From IMG/VR virus record IMGVR_UViG_3300032312_001422, positions 224,816 to 288,815 of that record: DNA of 64,000 nt; one strand, 5' to 3'. Within the stretch, counting starts at the first letter, position 1, and each line of letters begins with the position of its first letter. The notes beneath the pieces are model-generated. The model was given only the letters and a program-made list of their open reading frames with translations. It had not been told where the DNA came from and searched no databases. The position numbers and the translations under genes are program-made. The stretch is from a virus. Lineage: Duplodnaviria; Caudoviricetes. Shown in pieces: positions 1 to 10,229 of the stretch.

Positions 1-26
1 AAATTAATTGTGTTGACTATTGCCAT
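1..26 (-). CDS. 5' start of a gene running off the left edge (MAIVNTIN...)
   Basis: ATG at 26-24 overlaps the TAA of the gp6-like gene (TAATG coupling, also seen at 4281, 8186, 48658 and 50034); frame open to the window edge. Confidence 0.5.
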
Positions 27-3000
27 TAATATGTTCCGACTAATGTATTGCCCAAATTCAATTGAGCGGCTGTAATGGCTGAAATTATTTCAACATCATT
101 AACTGTGGCGGCACTGGTAATAATTTCCCAGGGTTCGGCATTGATTTGAAAATAATTACCAAATACCAAATTATTACTGGCTGGTACAATCAACACGCTT
201 GATATATTAGGTGTCAGTGTGCTGTGCAAGTATGCGGCCAATTCACTAAAATAAAATGTTTCACCAAAATCCCAATTACTCACGTCAAAGTATTTGTTTA
301 CTGCGGTAATAACTTGACTTTTAATTTCATTGTCTGTTACGTTGGCAACTGGATTTTTTACTACTTGGAATCGAGCACGTAGACTAACATCAGCCTTGGC
401 GCCAAACAAAGGTTTAAATTTTGCTGGATTGTAAATTAATGTATCACTTACTGCTTTATAATTATCCAAGTCGCTGTATGCTGTTTCTAAACTGGTGCTG
501 GTTGGCAATTCTGGTTCTGTGATTGCGCCGGTTAGGTCTTTGAGATAGTTTGCGTAATCTGTGGCATAAGTTGAGGTCAGCACGTAAACGTCAACAATGT
601 TTACCGGGGTTGGATTAATGCGGCTACGCCCAGGAACATTATGACGATACTGGAAATACAAACTATCCCTGTCCGTCGATCCAGCAGCAACTTGAAGATA
701 CAGGTCTGGATTGTCGGGAATATTTTCAGCTTGTGTAGTTGGTACACGAACTAACACTTTGGTTTTGTCCACATACCCATCGGTTGCGGTGATAGTATTA
801 TAAATTTGCCACACTATGTCATTGTCTAATGTTGCGGAGGCATTGGGTTTGGTATTAATTTTTAAAATTTTAATAATGTCTTTGACATTGGTGCCAATGA
901 CGGAGTTGTACACACGCACCGCAGGATCAAAATAAAACTTGGTATTGCCGGCACTAGCAAAAGCATATTCAAGATTTCTATAGTTAATTGTGTATATGCC
1001 TTGGTTGTAAGTAAATTTCAGTATCCAGTCTGTGCTCAATCCAATATCAGCTGGTGCAATATTTTCCCATACACCATATGGTCCAAATGAGCCGTCTTCG
1101 TACTGTACTCTGACTGTTGTGTTGTATTTTAAACCAAAATTCAGCAGGGCCTTGATCTGTGTAATTATGTTGCTAATTAAACTGGTGCTTAGATCGTTTT
1201 TGTAGGCCGGTACAATAGCTTCTGCTCCAGTTAGACTCACATTACTTAAAATTGCACCGGTTGGGACCACTGTGCCTAAAGTGATTCTGTTGGGCATAGT
1301 CAAGTCTGAGTCAGCTACAATATCTGTGACCACAGCGTAAAAATTCAATGTGTCGCCAGCATTGATCAGCGTATTACCCAACTGTAGCTGATGTTCACTG
1401 TTGAATCTGTATCCGGTTGGTGCACTGAATTGCAACACAGCACCTGTATCAACATACTTTAAATAATGGCTGACATTGGCGCCTACCTGTAATGTAACGT
1501 TGCTGGCCAAGTTGGCCAAAAATCCTGTACTGGTTCCTGTGCTTACTGTATTCTGATTGAACTTGATATTGCCGCCCGAGACTGTGTTGGTGTTGCCGCT
1601 GAGTCTTGGGAATACTGACGTATTACCGTAGTAGTAGTTTCTAACTTCTGTACTGTTAATTGTTGGTATAATTACATCGTACACAGCTGAATAAATGTCG
1701 TTGTCGGTTAAGAAATCAAACTGTGTTGATCCAATTTTGTTGTTGGCTGATATTGTACCATCATCGCCAAAAATATTTGTGCTGGAGAAACTGCCGGTTG
1801 GGTCCAGTGCGTCTAGATATAAACTCACACCTGAGCTGGTACGATTAACTGCTTTGATCTTTTGAATACTACCATAGTTGGTCTGTGGAAAGATGTTGTA
1901 GTCTTCCGCAGTGATCATACGATTTTGTGTGTAGTACTGTTGTGGAGCTGAAGCTTTGATACTGCTCAAACTTGGTGCTGCATTGGCATTGGTCACAGTA
2001 TAATTCAAGCTGGCTGTAACAGTCAGTGTTTCAACTCTGTTTTGTTTGCTGATGTAGCTAAAGGCCACGCTTACACTGGCCATGTCATCGGGGGTGATAC
2101 TGTAGGTAATGCCATTGCTGGTACGATAATAAAAACGGAAACGACCTTGTGGTATGTTGCTGAAACTACCATCTCCAAACACCACATCAACTTGATCGTT
2201 GGTGCGAGTGTTTACTTGATAAAGATTTTTTTCTGTCAATTGATTATAGATAACATTGATGCCGCTCAAGGCCGGAACTTTGGTCCATTTCTCGCTGACA
2301 TTTCTATTCACGTCCAGGCTGTATAACCACTGGTCTGTGTTGTTGATATTGTTAGTGGCCACTGTAACAAAGTTGTTGGGGATAGCATTGGTAATGTTAA
2401 ATTCAGTAGAATTTAATTTTCCTTGTTTAAAATACAAAAAGAATCCAGTATTGTTACTGCCATTGCCGTTGTTGTCATTGCGATACAAAATGTTAAATGC
2501 GCCGGCACTGGTTGGATCACGTTCGTAAAGATAACTTTGTCCCATGCTAGTGGCACTTACTGCTTCAAACGTTACACTACTGCCTTGTATGGTTGTGGTA
2601 AACGGGGCCACCGGTAAAGTATTTGTGTTTAGGCTAATTGTGTATTCGTCTGTTTTGATGTTGTTGATCAATTGACTGTTGCCAGGCTTGCCCACTGCTT
2701 GGCTGCTGACCAAGGCAGAATTGATAATAGTGGTAAACTGTTCTAGCCAGTTTTCGTTGGTAAGATCATTCCAGTGTATGGTAGCATTGCTTAAATTAAT
2801 GCCTGAGCTGTCGGTTAAGGATTCTGTGGTACGAACACTTTCAAATTTGAGCAGTCCGCTAGCACCTGTGTTGCGTTGCGGATTGTAACTGAGCATACGT
2901 GCCAGCTTTAAAATGCTGTCTCGACGCTGTGCTGTGTCAATGAAATTTTCACGAGCATTTAGGTCTGCACGGAACGCCAGGCTCTGTCCCAAAAACGCAA

Positions 3001-3202
3001 TCATGTCAATCAAGGCCAGATATTCTGAGCTTTCTAGGAAATCATTGAATGTTTCGGGGTAATATGTTTTGAGATAGGTGATCATGCTGTTACGCAGAGT
3101 CTCAAAATCATAGCTGGTGAAGTCAGCGTTGGTAAACGTTTGATAGATCTTGGTCCAGTCTTGCTGTACTAAGAGGTTGGTTTGACGTGTGGTTTGTGCC
3201 AT
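26..3202 (-). CDS. gp6: baseplate wedge subunit, T4 gp6-like (1058 aa)
   Basis: N-terminal DFTSYDFETLR...YYPETFNDFLESSE...LAFRADLNARENFIDTAQRRDSILKLARMLSYNP and internal QNRMITAEDY motifs typical of gp6; next to gp25-like gene. Confidence 0.9.
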   Translation of the reverse strand: MAQTTRQTNLLVQQDWTKIYQTFTNADFTSYDFETLRNSMITYLKTYYPETFNDFLESSEYLALIDMIAFLGQSLAFRADLNARENFIDTAQRRDSILKLARMLSYNPQRNTGASGLLKFESVRTTESLTDSSGINLSNATIHWNDLTNENWLEQFTTIINSALVSSQAVGKPGNSQLINNIKTDEYTISLNTNTLPVAPFTTTIQGSSVTFEAVSATSMGQSYLYERDPTSAGAFNILYRNDNNGNGSNNTGFFLYFKQGKLNSTEFNITNAIPNNFVTVATNNINNTDQWLYSLDVNRNVSEKWTKVPALSGINVIYNQLTEKNLYQVNTRTNDQVDVVFGDGSFSNIPQGRFRFYYRTSNGITYSITPDDMASVSVAFSYISKQNRVETLTVTASLNYTVTNANAAPSLSSIKASAPQQYYTQNRMITAEDYNIFPQTNYGSIQKIKAVNRTSSGVSLYLDALDPTGSFSSTNIFGDDGTISANNKIGSTQFDFLTDNDIYSAVYDVIIPTINSTEVRNYYYGNTSVFPRLSGNTNTVSGGNIKFNQNTVSTGTSTGFLANLASNVTLQVGANVSHYLKYVDTGAVLQFSAPTGYRFNSEHQLQLGNTLINAGDTLNFYAVVTDIVADSDLTMPNRITLGTVVPTGAILSNVSLTGAEAIVPAYKNDLSTSLISNIITQIKALLNFGLKYNTTVRVQYEDGSFGPYGVWENIAPADIGLSTDWILKFTYNQGIYTINYRNLEYAFASAGNTKFYFDPAVRVYNSVIGTNVKDIIKILKINTKPNASATLDNDIVWQIYNTITATDGYVDKTKVLVRVPTTQAENIPDNPDLYLQVAAGSTDRDSLYFQYRHNVPGRSRINPTPVNIVDVYVLTSTYATDYANYLKDLTGAITEPELPTSTSLETAYSDLDNYKAVSDTLIYNPAKFKPLFGAKADVSLRARFQVVKNPVANVTDNEIKSQVITAVNKYFDVSNWDFGETFYFSELAAYLHSTLTPNISSVLIVPASNNLVFGNYFQINAEPWEIITSAATVNDVEIISAITAAQLNLGNTLVGTY

Positions 3203-3222
3203 GTTATTTTATCCGTATCAAG

Positions 3223-3230
3223 TATTTATC
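3223..3230 (-). promoter_or_regulatory. T4-type late promoter-like box GATAAATA
   Basis: one mismatch to T4 late consensus TATAAATA, 20 nt upstream of the gp6 start. Confidence 0.65.
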
Positions 3231-3250
3231 GGAAAGAATAATATGGTCTG

Positions 3251-3625
3251 TTAATTAGTGATTAATCTATTGTTGGCTCGATCAAAGTTTAACGCAATGG
3301 TTTGTGTTTGATCTGTGGGAATATAGGCCAAATCAATTGCTATTAAAAACCCATTGTCCTGCTCGGTTACTGCCACTTGTTGTACAGCAAGTCTAGGGTC
3401 ATAACTTACAATTCTTGTGATATCAGTGGTGATAATTTGTTTGGTATCTTCTGTTAAGGGTTCAAACAACATGTCCCAGATTATGCTGCCAAACTCAGGG
3501 TTCATGAGTTTTTCACCTTTGCGTATTTCAAAGTGATTGATCATGTCTTGTTTGGCCAATTCAAAGTCGGTGAGTCTATACTTTTTGGCATTGAGTCTGG
3601 TGCTGAATCCGCGATATATTGTCAT
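3251..3625 (-). CDS. gp25: baseplate wedge subunit gp25-like
   Basis: 124 aa with IRKGEKLMNPEFGSIIWDMLFEP and YDPRL motifs of the gp25 family. Confidence 0.9.
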   Translation of the reverse strand: MTIYRGFSTRLNAKKYRLTDFELAKQDMINHFEIRKGEKLMNPEFGSIIWDMLFEPLTEDTKQIITTDITRIVSYDPRLAVQQVAVTEQDNGFLIAIDLAYIPTDQTQTIALNFDRANNRLITN

Positions 3626-3630
3626 AATAG

Positions 3631-3637
3631 TATTTAT
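3631..3637 (-). promoter_or_regulatory. late promoter-like ATAAATA, 5 nt before the gp25 ATG
   Basis: minus strand reads ATAAATA-CTATT-ATG with no Shine-Dalgarno. Confidence 0.6.
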
Positions 3638-4281
3638 TTGCTTAAAATTGTTATGGCATATCGGCCAGCAGTATAATAACTAGCGCCTGCGCCAACACTA
3701 AAGTAACGCCAGGCATAGGCACCTGTGCCTGTGGTATTGTTCAAGGTGGCGGCTGTACCTGCTCCTAACACCCAGGCCACGTACAGCATACCTGCTACTA
3801 CATCTGCGGTGTCGTTGATTTTTATTGCGGCAACTTTGACACACTCACTGTACAAATCTACCAGGCGTTGGTAGGCCAAAAGTTCTTGCGCCGACGTATT
3901 ATTTAAAAAATCATTTATGTTGGCAACTTCTGTCAAGTAATCAGCGTAAGTGCTAAAAATAGCTCGCCAGCAATGTTGATAATTTACACAATCCGTACCA
4001 TAGCTGACGTTTGATCCAGCTGTTAGTAATCCGTAAGTCTCTAAGAGATTGGTATCAAATTGATATCTACCTAGCTCGTTGTTAGCACCAATTTTTGTAT
4101 AGGACCAAGCACTGGAAACATAAGCTATTTGTGCCAACAAATTTCTTTGCTGTGTGTTAGATAGCTGTGCTATAACTGCCCAGTCCGGACACGATGCTGT
4201 CATGTCAGGACGACCCAACCAACTGACTGGCAACGGGTCAGGCGGTAGTGTGCGAGTGGCTTGAGCTATTCCTGCGTCCAT
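3634..4281 (-). CDS. lysozyme/transglycosylase-fold-like baseplate-associated protein
   Basis: LAQIAYVSS...ELGRYQF resembles muramidase IAxxES...GRYQF motifs; translationally coupled to the gp5-like gene. Confidence 0.4.
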   Translation of the reverse strand: MDAGIAQATRTLPPDPLPVSWLGRPDMTASCPDWAVIAQLSNTQQRNLLAQIAYVSSAWSYTKIGANNELGRYQFDTNLLETYGLLTAGSNVSYGTDCVNYQHCWRAIFSTYADYLTEVANINDFLNNTSAQELLAYQRLVDLYSECVKVAAIKINDTADVVAGMLYVAWVLGAGTAATLNNTTGTGAYAWRYFSVGAGASYYTAGRYAITILSK

Positions 4282-5687
4282 TATTTCTTGGGCCTTTGTC
4301 CGTTAGCATCTGTCCAGGGCTCGTGTGCTGGTGCCACTGTGCAGGCTGTCATGATTACCCCGCCAGTGTTCCATACGCCACCTTGTAACTTGGTATCTGG
4401 CTTTGGGGTAACAGTGGGCGGCGTAACTGGCATTGGTATGCCAGGTTTGCCTGAATTTAACATCAGCATGCCACCAGTCACACTGGTTTTTATCAAACTA
4501 CTCATGCTTAACCAACCGCCGGCAGTCAAACTGGCTTTACCCACTGCACTCAAGGTCAATGCACCGTTGCATTTTAAACTGGCCATGCCCACAGCACTGG
4601 CACTGAAGTTGCCTGAAGTAGCTATGCTAATTGATCCCAGGGGCACTTTATCATTGCCCATAGCAGTCATTTTAATATTTGGAGCACTCATGTTGAGTAG
4701 GACATCGCTGTGCAAATTCAATACGCCTTGTGTGCGTAGGTTAAAGCCGGCAGCGCCATACACATTTATCTGTCCGTTTTTACTGAATTCTAACCAGTGT
4801 TGTCCACTGGCGCTGGCAATGTATAAAACGTTTTCTGAGTCGTTCATTAAGATCTGATGCCCACCAGTGGTACGCAATCTCATCAGCTGATCTTTTCCAG
4901 CTGCATCACCGTCGTCCATGACAAACGTGTGTCCACCTTGTCTGGCCAATACTTTTTCTGGTTGGCCGGCCACTTGATCGCCTTTGCTTACTTTGCGTCC
5001 GGGTGTGCTGATGCCATATACGTTGCTGGGACTTTCACGCATGCTACTGGAACTGATAGCACCTCGTATGAGATCCCTATCCAAGCCCTGCATGATCAAT
5101 CTGGCGGCTTGAAATTCGTGTGTGTAGCGTGGTGTATTTTCTAAACCATCGGCATCAAATGCTGTGGGCTCATATTTGGTACTGTACTCTACCACTGGAA
5201 AATTGCTAGATCCTGATGCAGGCAAAGATCCCGGTGCCTTGGTGCGATCTTTGCCGCCAATGTTACGACCAATAGCCGGAACCATGTGATGACTACTACT
5301 ATCGTAGATACAACCAATCCAGTACCAGTCTCCGGCAGGAGTACACATTACCAACACTTTGTTGCCAATGTCTGGGGGTACCATCCACATGCCGTAGCTT
5401 TGTCCGCTGGTAAATGCTCCTTCGGGAATCAGATCAGATTGTTGATCAGTTCCAAAAGTTGTTCCAAAGAATGGACTACAGTAATTGGCCACCACAGTAT
5501 TACCTTCGTCGGCAGGAAGATCCCTGGTTGATGTTGTAACTACTTTGACACGCAATTGGCCTAATCTAGTACCAGCAGCATGAGCCACTACCACTGCTTC
5601 GTATGGGCCCGAATTTAAAGCTGTAGATTTGGGATCAGCTACCGCAGTAGGGTCTGCGCCGGACTTTCTAACCTGTTCTGTTGCCAT
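4281..5687 (-). CDS. gp5: baseplate hub/spike protein, gp5/VgrG-like
   Basis: OB-fold-type N-terminus (GQLRVKV, YGMWMVPPDIGNKVLV), RQGGHTFVMDDGD...RLRTTGGHQILMND beta-helix-like region, C-terminal PAHEPW. Confidence 0.75.
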   Translation of the reverse strand: MATEQVRKSGADPTAVADPKSTALNSGPYEAVVVAHAAGTRLGQLRVKVVTTSTRDLPADEGNTVVANYCSPFFGTTFGTDQQSDLIPEGAFTSGQSYGMWMVPPDIGNKVLVMCTPAGDWYWIGCIYDSSSHHMVPAIGRNIGGKDRTKAPGSLPASGSSNFPVVEYSTKYEPTAFDADGLENTPRYTHEFQAARLIMQGLDRDLIRGAISSSSMRESPSNVYGISTPGRKVSKGDQVAGQPEKVLARQGGHTFVMDDGDAAGKDQLMRLRTTGGHQILMNDSENVLYIASASGQHWLEFSKNGQINVYGAAGFNLRTQGVLNLHSDVLLNMSAPNIKMTAMGNDKVPLGSISIATSGNFSASAVGMASLKCNGALTLSAVGKASLTAGGWLSMSSLIKTSVTGGMLMLNSGKPGIPMPVTPPTVTPKPDTKLQGGVWNTGGVIMTACTVAPAHEPWTDANGQRPKK

Positions 5688-5703
5688 TGTTTACTTGATT
5701 CCT

Positions 5704-7881
5704 TTATTCTCTTGGGTCATCTGTGCTGTTGGCGTTTACTTGCACCGTCAACGGCTGTGCGTATGCATTGGCCACTGCCGCATCACGTTCTTCTGCGGTC
5801 ATGCCCGGTGGCAAGGGAGTGTTGTTGCCACCATCACCGGCAGGCTGACTTGGATTGGTCTGTGATAACTCTTTGTCAATCCTTGAGCCCAATTCAACAG
5901 GGTTTCTACCATCGCCGTTTCTTGCCAGTTCAAATGCAGTTGGAATTTCGTCGTTATGAATTCTAGCCAAATTTAATACCTGTTCAAATTTTCCGCTGGC
6001 AAATTTATTAGTAATCGACACTATTATATATTGGCCACTAAACAGGCTTTGGCTATATTTAGGTTGGGGATAAGCCAGGCCTTGATTTCCATCTTCGTAG
6101 TCAAGATCCATGTCAACAGGAGAATTTATAATTACACGCACGGCCACTTGACCGCGATCCATGGGAATATGTCCGTACTTTTGAGTATAATCTGCACTTG
6201 ATATGTCCCACTGTGAAAAATCAGTGTTGTCTCTGGGGTCAGGCACATATAACCAATCGTCTTGTTTGATCAAAGTGGGGTCACCCACAATGGTCAATTG
6301 CAATGATAACATTTCCTGACTTTGTGCAGTATATATGCTTTTTAACACGTCGGCCGAAACCTGTGCTGCCGGACGGTCTTTGACATTCATTGTTGAGGTT
6401 ACATTAACATCGTCCACAACAAATCTATACTGTAACGGAGTAACTGTTGATATTGACGCCAATTGCGGAAACATTTTTGTAAAAATTGTTGGATTTAGTG
6501 CGACTCTTGCATTGTCTCCCACAGCAGTATTATTTGCAACAGCTACGTCAGTATCTCTGGTTGAATCTTCGGCAGCCTTGGCACTAGTAAATGCCAAAAT
6601 TGCGGTGTAATAGGTGCTGTCAAAATTTATTTTAAGGTCAATGATATCTGTATTCAAGCCAGTATAAATGTAATTGTAGTATTTGGTTGTGTAGGGATAG
6701 CTGTTGGCCAGCTGCGTTGCTGCCGGATGTTTGGCGTTCCATATGGCATACTGATGTATATTATAAGTTACAAGTTTAGGGTACAGATTGGTGATTATAT
6801 CAATGGCGGGACCATGGCGTTGTCCCGCAAAATCCACACCACCATATTCTAATTTTGTTGTAGTTTTAAAAGCATTAAACACCTTTGTTGGGTCAAGAAG
6901 GTCGGGATTTTCGTTAAGAGTGGCTTCTAAGCCCAACTGTTCTCGTATTAAAAAATCGCTATGGGCCATTACCTTGGTAATGATATCCAGTATCGGAGTT
7001 CCGCGAGGAATATCAAATGTTGAATTTTTTAAATCTATTTGCTTGACTTTGGGGTTGGCCTTGGCTAGCGATACTTTGGTTTCATTAACTATTTTAGATT
7101 CGGCAATCTTGGGGTCGATTTTAAAAAAGATTCCGTCGGCTAGAATTGCTTGTTTTTGCCTTACTTTTAAGTTACAAAATTCTTGCCACTGTTTTGCCAG
7201 ACCGGCCGGTCCGTTGAAAAATTCCTCGACGGTGCCGGCAGTAATATTAAACTGTTCGGGTGTGACACTATATGTGGTTGATTGGTGTGCCATACCGCCA
7301 CTGGGCACAAAATCTATCTTGTATTCTGTACCGCGTGTGGTAACCTCAAGCTTCATGGTCAATATTCTGATAGGAAAACGCTTGTTATAAGTGGTAATGT
7401 CCGAACGACCTTTGGGGATTTGCTCACCATTGTCGTCGTAACCAAAAAATTCCAATTGCAACATGTATGGATTTTCGCAATAGTTATTGAATGTTGTTCC
7501 GTCAAAGGATGCTGCAACCAATGAATCGATCAAAGTCACACCATATGGTTCTAATATAGTCAGTGAACCACGAACTGTGTTACTGCTTCTACTGGTTTTG
7601 TTTGGTGCCACCACAGTATCAAACTGCACATTTTGTATGTGATAATTTAATCCAATGGTTCCGGGCTGTCTATCATTGGGATAGCGGCCGCCATCTTGGG
7701 CCACAACAAAACTTTTCTTAGAAGGTTTCCAGTTCAGTGCTTCTTCTGGTCCCAATGAATTCATGAGCTCATTATAATCTTTGGGATCTAACCACCATAG
7801 ACTCCAGGAGTAGGTGTAAGATGCGAATCGATGTAAAGGATTGACGATTGCAGCAGTTTCTGCTTGACGTTTGATAGCCAT
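5704..7881 (-). CDS. baseplate hub/tail protein (gp27-like position)
   Basis: 725 aa between gp5-like and gp53-like genes; LTILEPYG, LTIVGDP and FSGQYIIVSITNKF..GKFEQVL motifs as in hub proteins. Confidence 0.5.
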   Translation of the reverse strand: MAIKRQAETAAIVNPLHRFASYTYSWSLWWLDPKDYNELMNSLGPEEALNWKPSKKSFVVAQDGGRYPNDRQPGTIGLNYHIQNVQFDTVVAPNKTSRSSNTVRGSLTILEPYGVTLIDSLVAASFDGTTFNNYCENPYMLQLEFFGYDDNGEQIPKGRSDITTYNKRFPIRILTMKLEVTTRGTEYKIDFVPSGGMAHQSTTYSVTPEQFNITAGTVEEFFNGPAGLAKQWQEFCNLKVRQKQAILADGIFFKIDPKIAESKIVNETKVSLAKANPKVKQIDLKNSTFDIPRGTPILDIITKVMAHSDFLIREQLGLEATLNENPDLLDPTKVFNAFKTTTKLEYGGVDFAGQRHGPAIDIITNLYPKLVTYNIHQYAIWNAKHPAATQLANSYPYTTKYYNYIYTGLNTDIIDLKINFDSTYYTAILAFTSAKAAEDSTRDTDVAVANNTAVGDNARVALNPTIFTKMFPQLASISTVTPLQYRFVVDDVNVTSTMNVKDRPAAQVSADVLKSIYTAQSQEMLSLQLTIVGDPTLIKQDDWLYVPDPRDNTDFSQWDISSADYTQKYGHIPMDRGQVAVRVIINSPVDMDLDYEDGNQGLAYPQPKYSQSLFSGQYIIVSITNKFASGKFEQVLNLARIHNDEIPTAFELARNGDGRNPVELGSRIDKELSQTNPSQPAGDGGNNTPLPPGMTAEERDAAVANAYAQPLTVQVNANSTDDPRE

Positions 7882-7883
7882 TG

Positions 7884-8186
7884 TTAAATGCCTAGTATTT
7901 GCTGTTGAATAACTGTTTTGGTAGGAACGTAAATAATTGTGCCTGTTGTAAAATTCAGTAAAGGATCTTTTAATACGTCAGGATTGCGTATAGCAAATAC
8001 CCACCATAGACTGCTGTCTTGATACATGTCGTTGGCCAATAGGTCTGGTCGCAGATTGTATATTTGGTCAATTTGATATACCGCATCTGTCATGTTAGCA
8101 GAAATAGTCTTACCTGGCCACACGTCTAGGAACTTGCCCCAAGTTTGTGTTCCAGCATATGGACTAGTGCGTGAATAGGTTGCCAT
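7884..8186 (-). CDS. gp53: baseplate wedge protein gp53-like (LysM-like)
   Basis: YNLRPDLLANDMYQDSSLWWVFAIRNPD motif. Confidence 0.75.
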   Translation of the reverse strand: MATYSRTSPYAGTQTWGKFLDVWPGKTISANMTDAVYQIDQIYNLRPDLLANDMYQDSSLWWVFAIRNPDVLKDPLLNFTTGTIIYVPTKTVIQQQILGI

Positions 8187-9196
8187 TATAGGAAGCCACC
8201 ATTTTTAACGGTGTTGTTGACATGCTTTGTTGGCTGTGTGGCACCAAATGCTGTGGCAGGATTGTTGCCTCTGACCGGATTGATCAACGCACCACGAGCA
8301 AAGTCTTCTAGGCTGAATCCTTGACTTTGTGCATAACGACTGTACACTGGCTGTAGCATCAATGTCATCTGACTGGTAGTAGGCAAGCGAGTGCTGTTTA
8401 GTCTAGGATTCAGGCCCATGCCGCCGCGAGTGACACTGGGTTCAGGAATGTCCACATAGTCTACATCTGCTGGCATGGTATGACTAAAGCTAGTTACCAC
8501 ACAAGGCACGTTTGGCAAGTAGTATTGTCCATACCCGTTCAAATAAACAATTGGCGGAGGATTGCCTGCATTGGGCCCTGCACCAAAGAACATTTTGGTA
8601 CAGCTTCTAAAGAAATAGATAGCAGCCAACAAGTATTGGCCTTCGTTGATGTTTTGCACAGTAAAATCTGTTGTGAGTGTTATTGCACTAACTTCACTGT
8701 TGTCATAAAAATACTGAGCATAGTTGCTGTGTGTCAATTTCTGTGGAGTGTAGCTGGCAGTATGTTGTACAGTTATTGTTGGAGTATAGGGAAACACCAC
8801 ACCCACTCTTTTTGTTCCGCCCAGGCCGGTTAACTGCCCAATTGCCGAACCAATGCTGTTGTCAGAACCGCCGCCGGATTCTATTAGCGGACTCAATAGA
8901 GCATTGCCTTGCGGATCATTATAAAAATACTTGCTGTTTGGTGCTAGACTCACACGCACACGCCAATCAGCACTGGCGCTGGGAAATGCCGGGTAAACAA
9001 ATCTAGGAGCTGGTCCTGTTGTTCTGCTACTGTATCTAAACATGTCAGCTACATTTTGTCGGCCGCTCATGCCATTGGGTGCTAGCCCCACGGCACCCAA
9101 CAATCCGTTGTTGATGCTTTGTCCCAATTGGGCGCCAATCGACTGCGAGCCGTTAGCAGGGCTTCCTTGTAATTGTGCGTTGGATAAAACTGGCAT
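8186..9196 (-). CDS. baseplate tail-tube initiator/cap, gp48/gp54-like
   Basis: VVFPYTPTITVQHTASY, PPPIVYLNGYG and VPCVVTSFSHT motifs of tube-fold baseplate proteins; first gene of baseplate operon. Confidence 0.55.
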   Translation of the reverse strand: MPVLSNAQLQGSPANGSQSIGAQLGQSINNGLLGAVGLAPNGMSGRQNVADMFRYSSRTTGPAPRFVYPAFPSASADWRVRVSLAPNSKYFYNDPQGNALLSPLIESGGGSDNSIGSAIGQLTGLGGTKRVGVVFPYTPTITVQHTASYTPQKLTHSNYAQYFYDNSEVSAITLTTDFTVQNINEGQYLLAAIYFFRSCTKMFFGAGPNAGNPPPIVYLNGYGQYYLPNVPCVVTSFSHTMPADVDYVDIPEPSVTRGGMGLNPRLNSTRLPTTSQMTLMLQPVYSRYAQSQGFSLEDFARGALINPVRGNNPATAFGATQPTKHVNNTVKNGGFL

Positions 9197-9216
9197 TATG
9201 ATTCCTGGTTATACAG

Positions 9217-9224
9217 TATTTATA
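9217..9224 (-). promoter_or_regulatory. late promoter TATAAATA for the baseplate operon
   Basis: exact T4 late consensus upstream of AGGA and ATG at 9196. Confidence 0.75.
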
Positions 9225-9273
9225 GATATCAATAACGGCGTAGATAATGTTTTTGGTATTTTTCAAAATTAGG

Positions 9274-9302
9274 TTGACCTGGACCAGTAAATATGTTAGT
9301 AT
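9274..9302 (+). promoter_or_regulatory. sigma70-type promoter for the gp55-like gene
   Basis: TTGACC (9274-9279), 17-nt spacer, TAGTAT (9297-9302) preceded by TGn. Confidence 0.6.
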
Positions 9303-9326
9303 GTGCTAACTTTAAAGGAAATACAG

Positions 9327-10217
9327 GTGCGCCATAATTATCTTAACAACAAAGACATTCTAAAAGAGATTCACAAAAGCAAAACAACCTATTGCACATT
9401 TACAGATCCAGAATATCATGCTTACGATTTAATACTTCCGGACGTGGGCAAAATAAACAAAAAGAACATAATGTTGGCTCGCAAAGAGCGATGCGTTAGA
9501 TTGGCCAAATTAGCCCTGGAAGCGGCCATGGCGGACGGTACCAAACGCAAATTAGATGAATTTGAAGTCAAACTCAAAGACGTCAAAGATACCGATGTGG
9601 TTTTTCGTATCATGACCTGGGATCATATTCCTGTGGATGATGTAAAGTCACGTAAGGCTGCTGTCAAGGCTCTGGAAGAGGAAGAAGGTGCTGTGCCACG
9701 CAGTGAGTACGACGATGATGATTTGGACTTGATTGGCAACACCAAATATGTCAAATGTAATTTCCCACCGTTTCAACACTACAAGGTTGACGAAGCTGGC
9801 GAGCCTGTGTGCGTGGGCAAAAGCCACTGGAAGGGCGATTTAGAAAAAGGCGCATTCAATCGCGAACACGGCAAAATGACTCCCAAGTTGGCTCACATGT
9901 TTATCAAACTGTGTGAACGCTATGCCACACGCTCAAACTGGCGTGGCTACACATACAATGACGAAATGCGTAGTCAAGCATTACTACAATTAAGTCAAAT
10001 TGGACTTCAATTTGACGAAGCAAAAAGTCAAAATCCATTTGCTTACTACACAGCCGCCATTACCAATTCATTTACCAGAGTGCTTAATATTGAAAAACGT
10101 AATCAAAACTTACGCGATGATATTTTAGAAATGAACAACTTGACTCCTAGTTACACACGCCAGGGAATGAAAATTTCTGCAACAAGTGGTGGTAGCGATG
10201 GCGGTTACGATGATTGA
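9327..10217 (+). CDS. gp55: late-transcription sigma factor, T4 gp55-like, with large insertion
   Basis: HNYLNNKDIL N-terminus and NWRGYTYNDEM...FDEAKSQNPFAYYTAAITNSFTRVLNIEK C-terminus; GTG 9327 follows AAGGA, whereas the track start 9303 lies before the predicted transcription start. Confidence 0.85.
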   Translation: MRHNYLNNKDILKEIHKSKTTYCTFTDPEYHAYDLILPDVGKINKKNIMLARKERCVRLAKLALEAAMADGTKRKLDEFEVKLKDVKDTDVVFRIMTWDHIPVDDVKSRKAAVKALEEEEGAVPRSEYDDDDLDLIGNTKYVKCNFPPFQHYKVDEAGEPVCVGKSHWKGDLEKGAFNREHGKMTPKLAHMFIKLCERYATRSNWRGYTYNDEMRSQALLQLSQIGLQFDEAKSQNPFAYYTAAITNSFTRVLNIEKRNQNLRDDILEMNNLTPSYTRQGMKISATSGGSDGGYDD

Positions 10218-10229
10218 ACAAATTAACGT

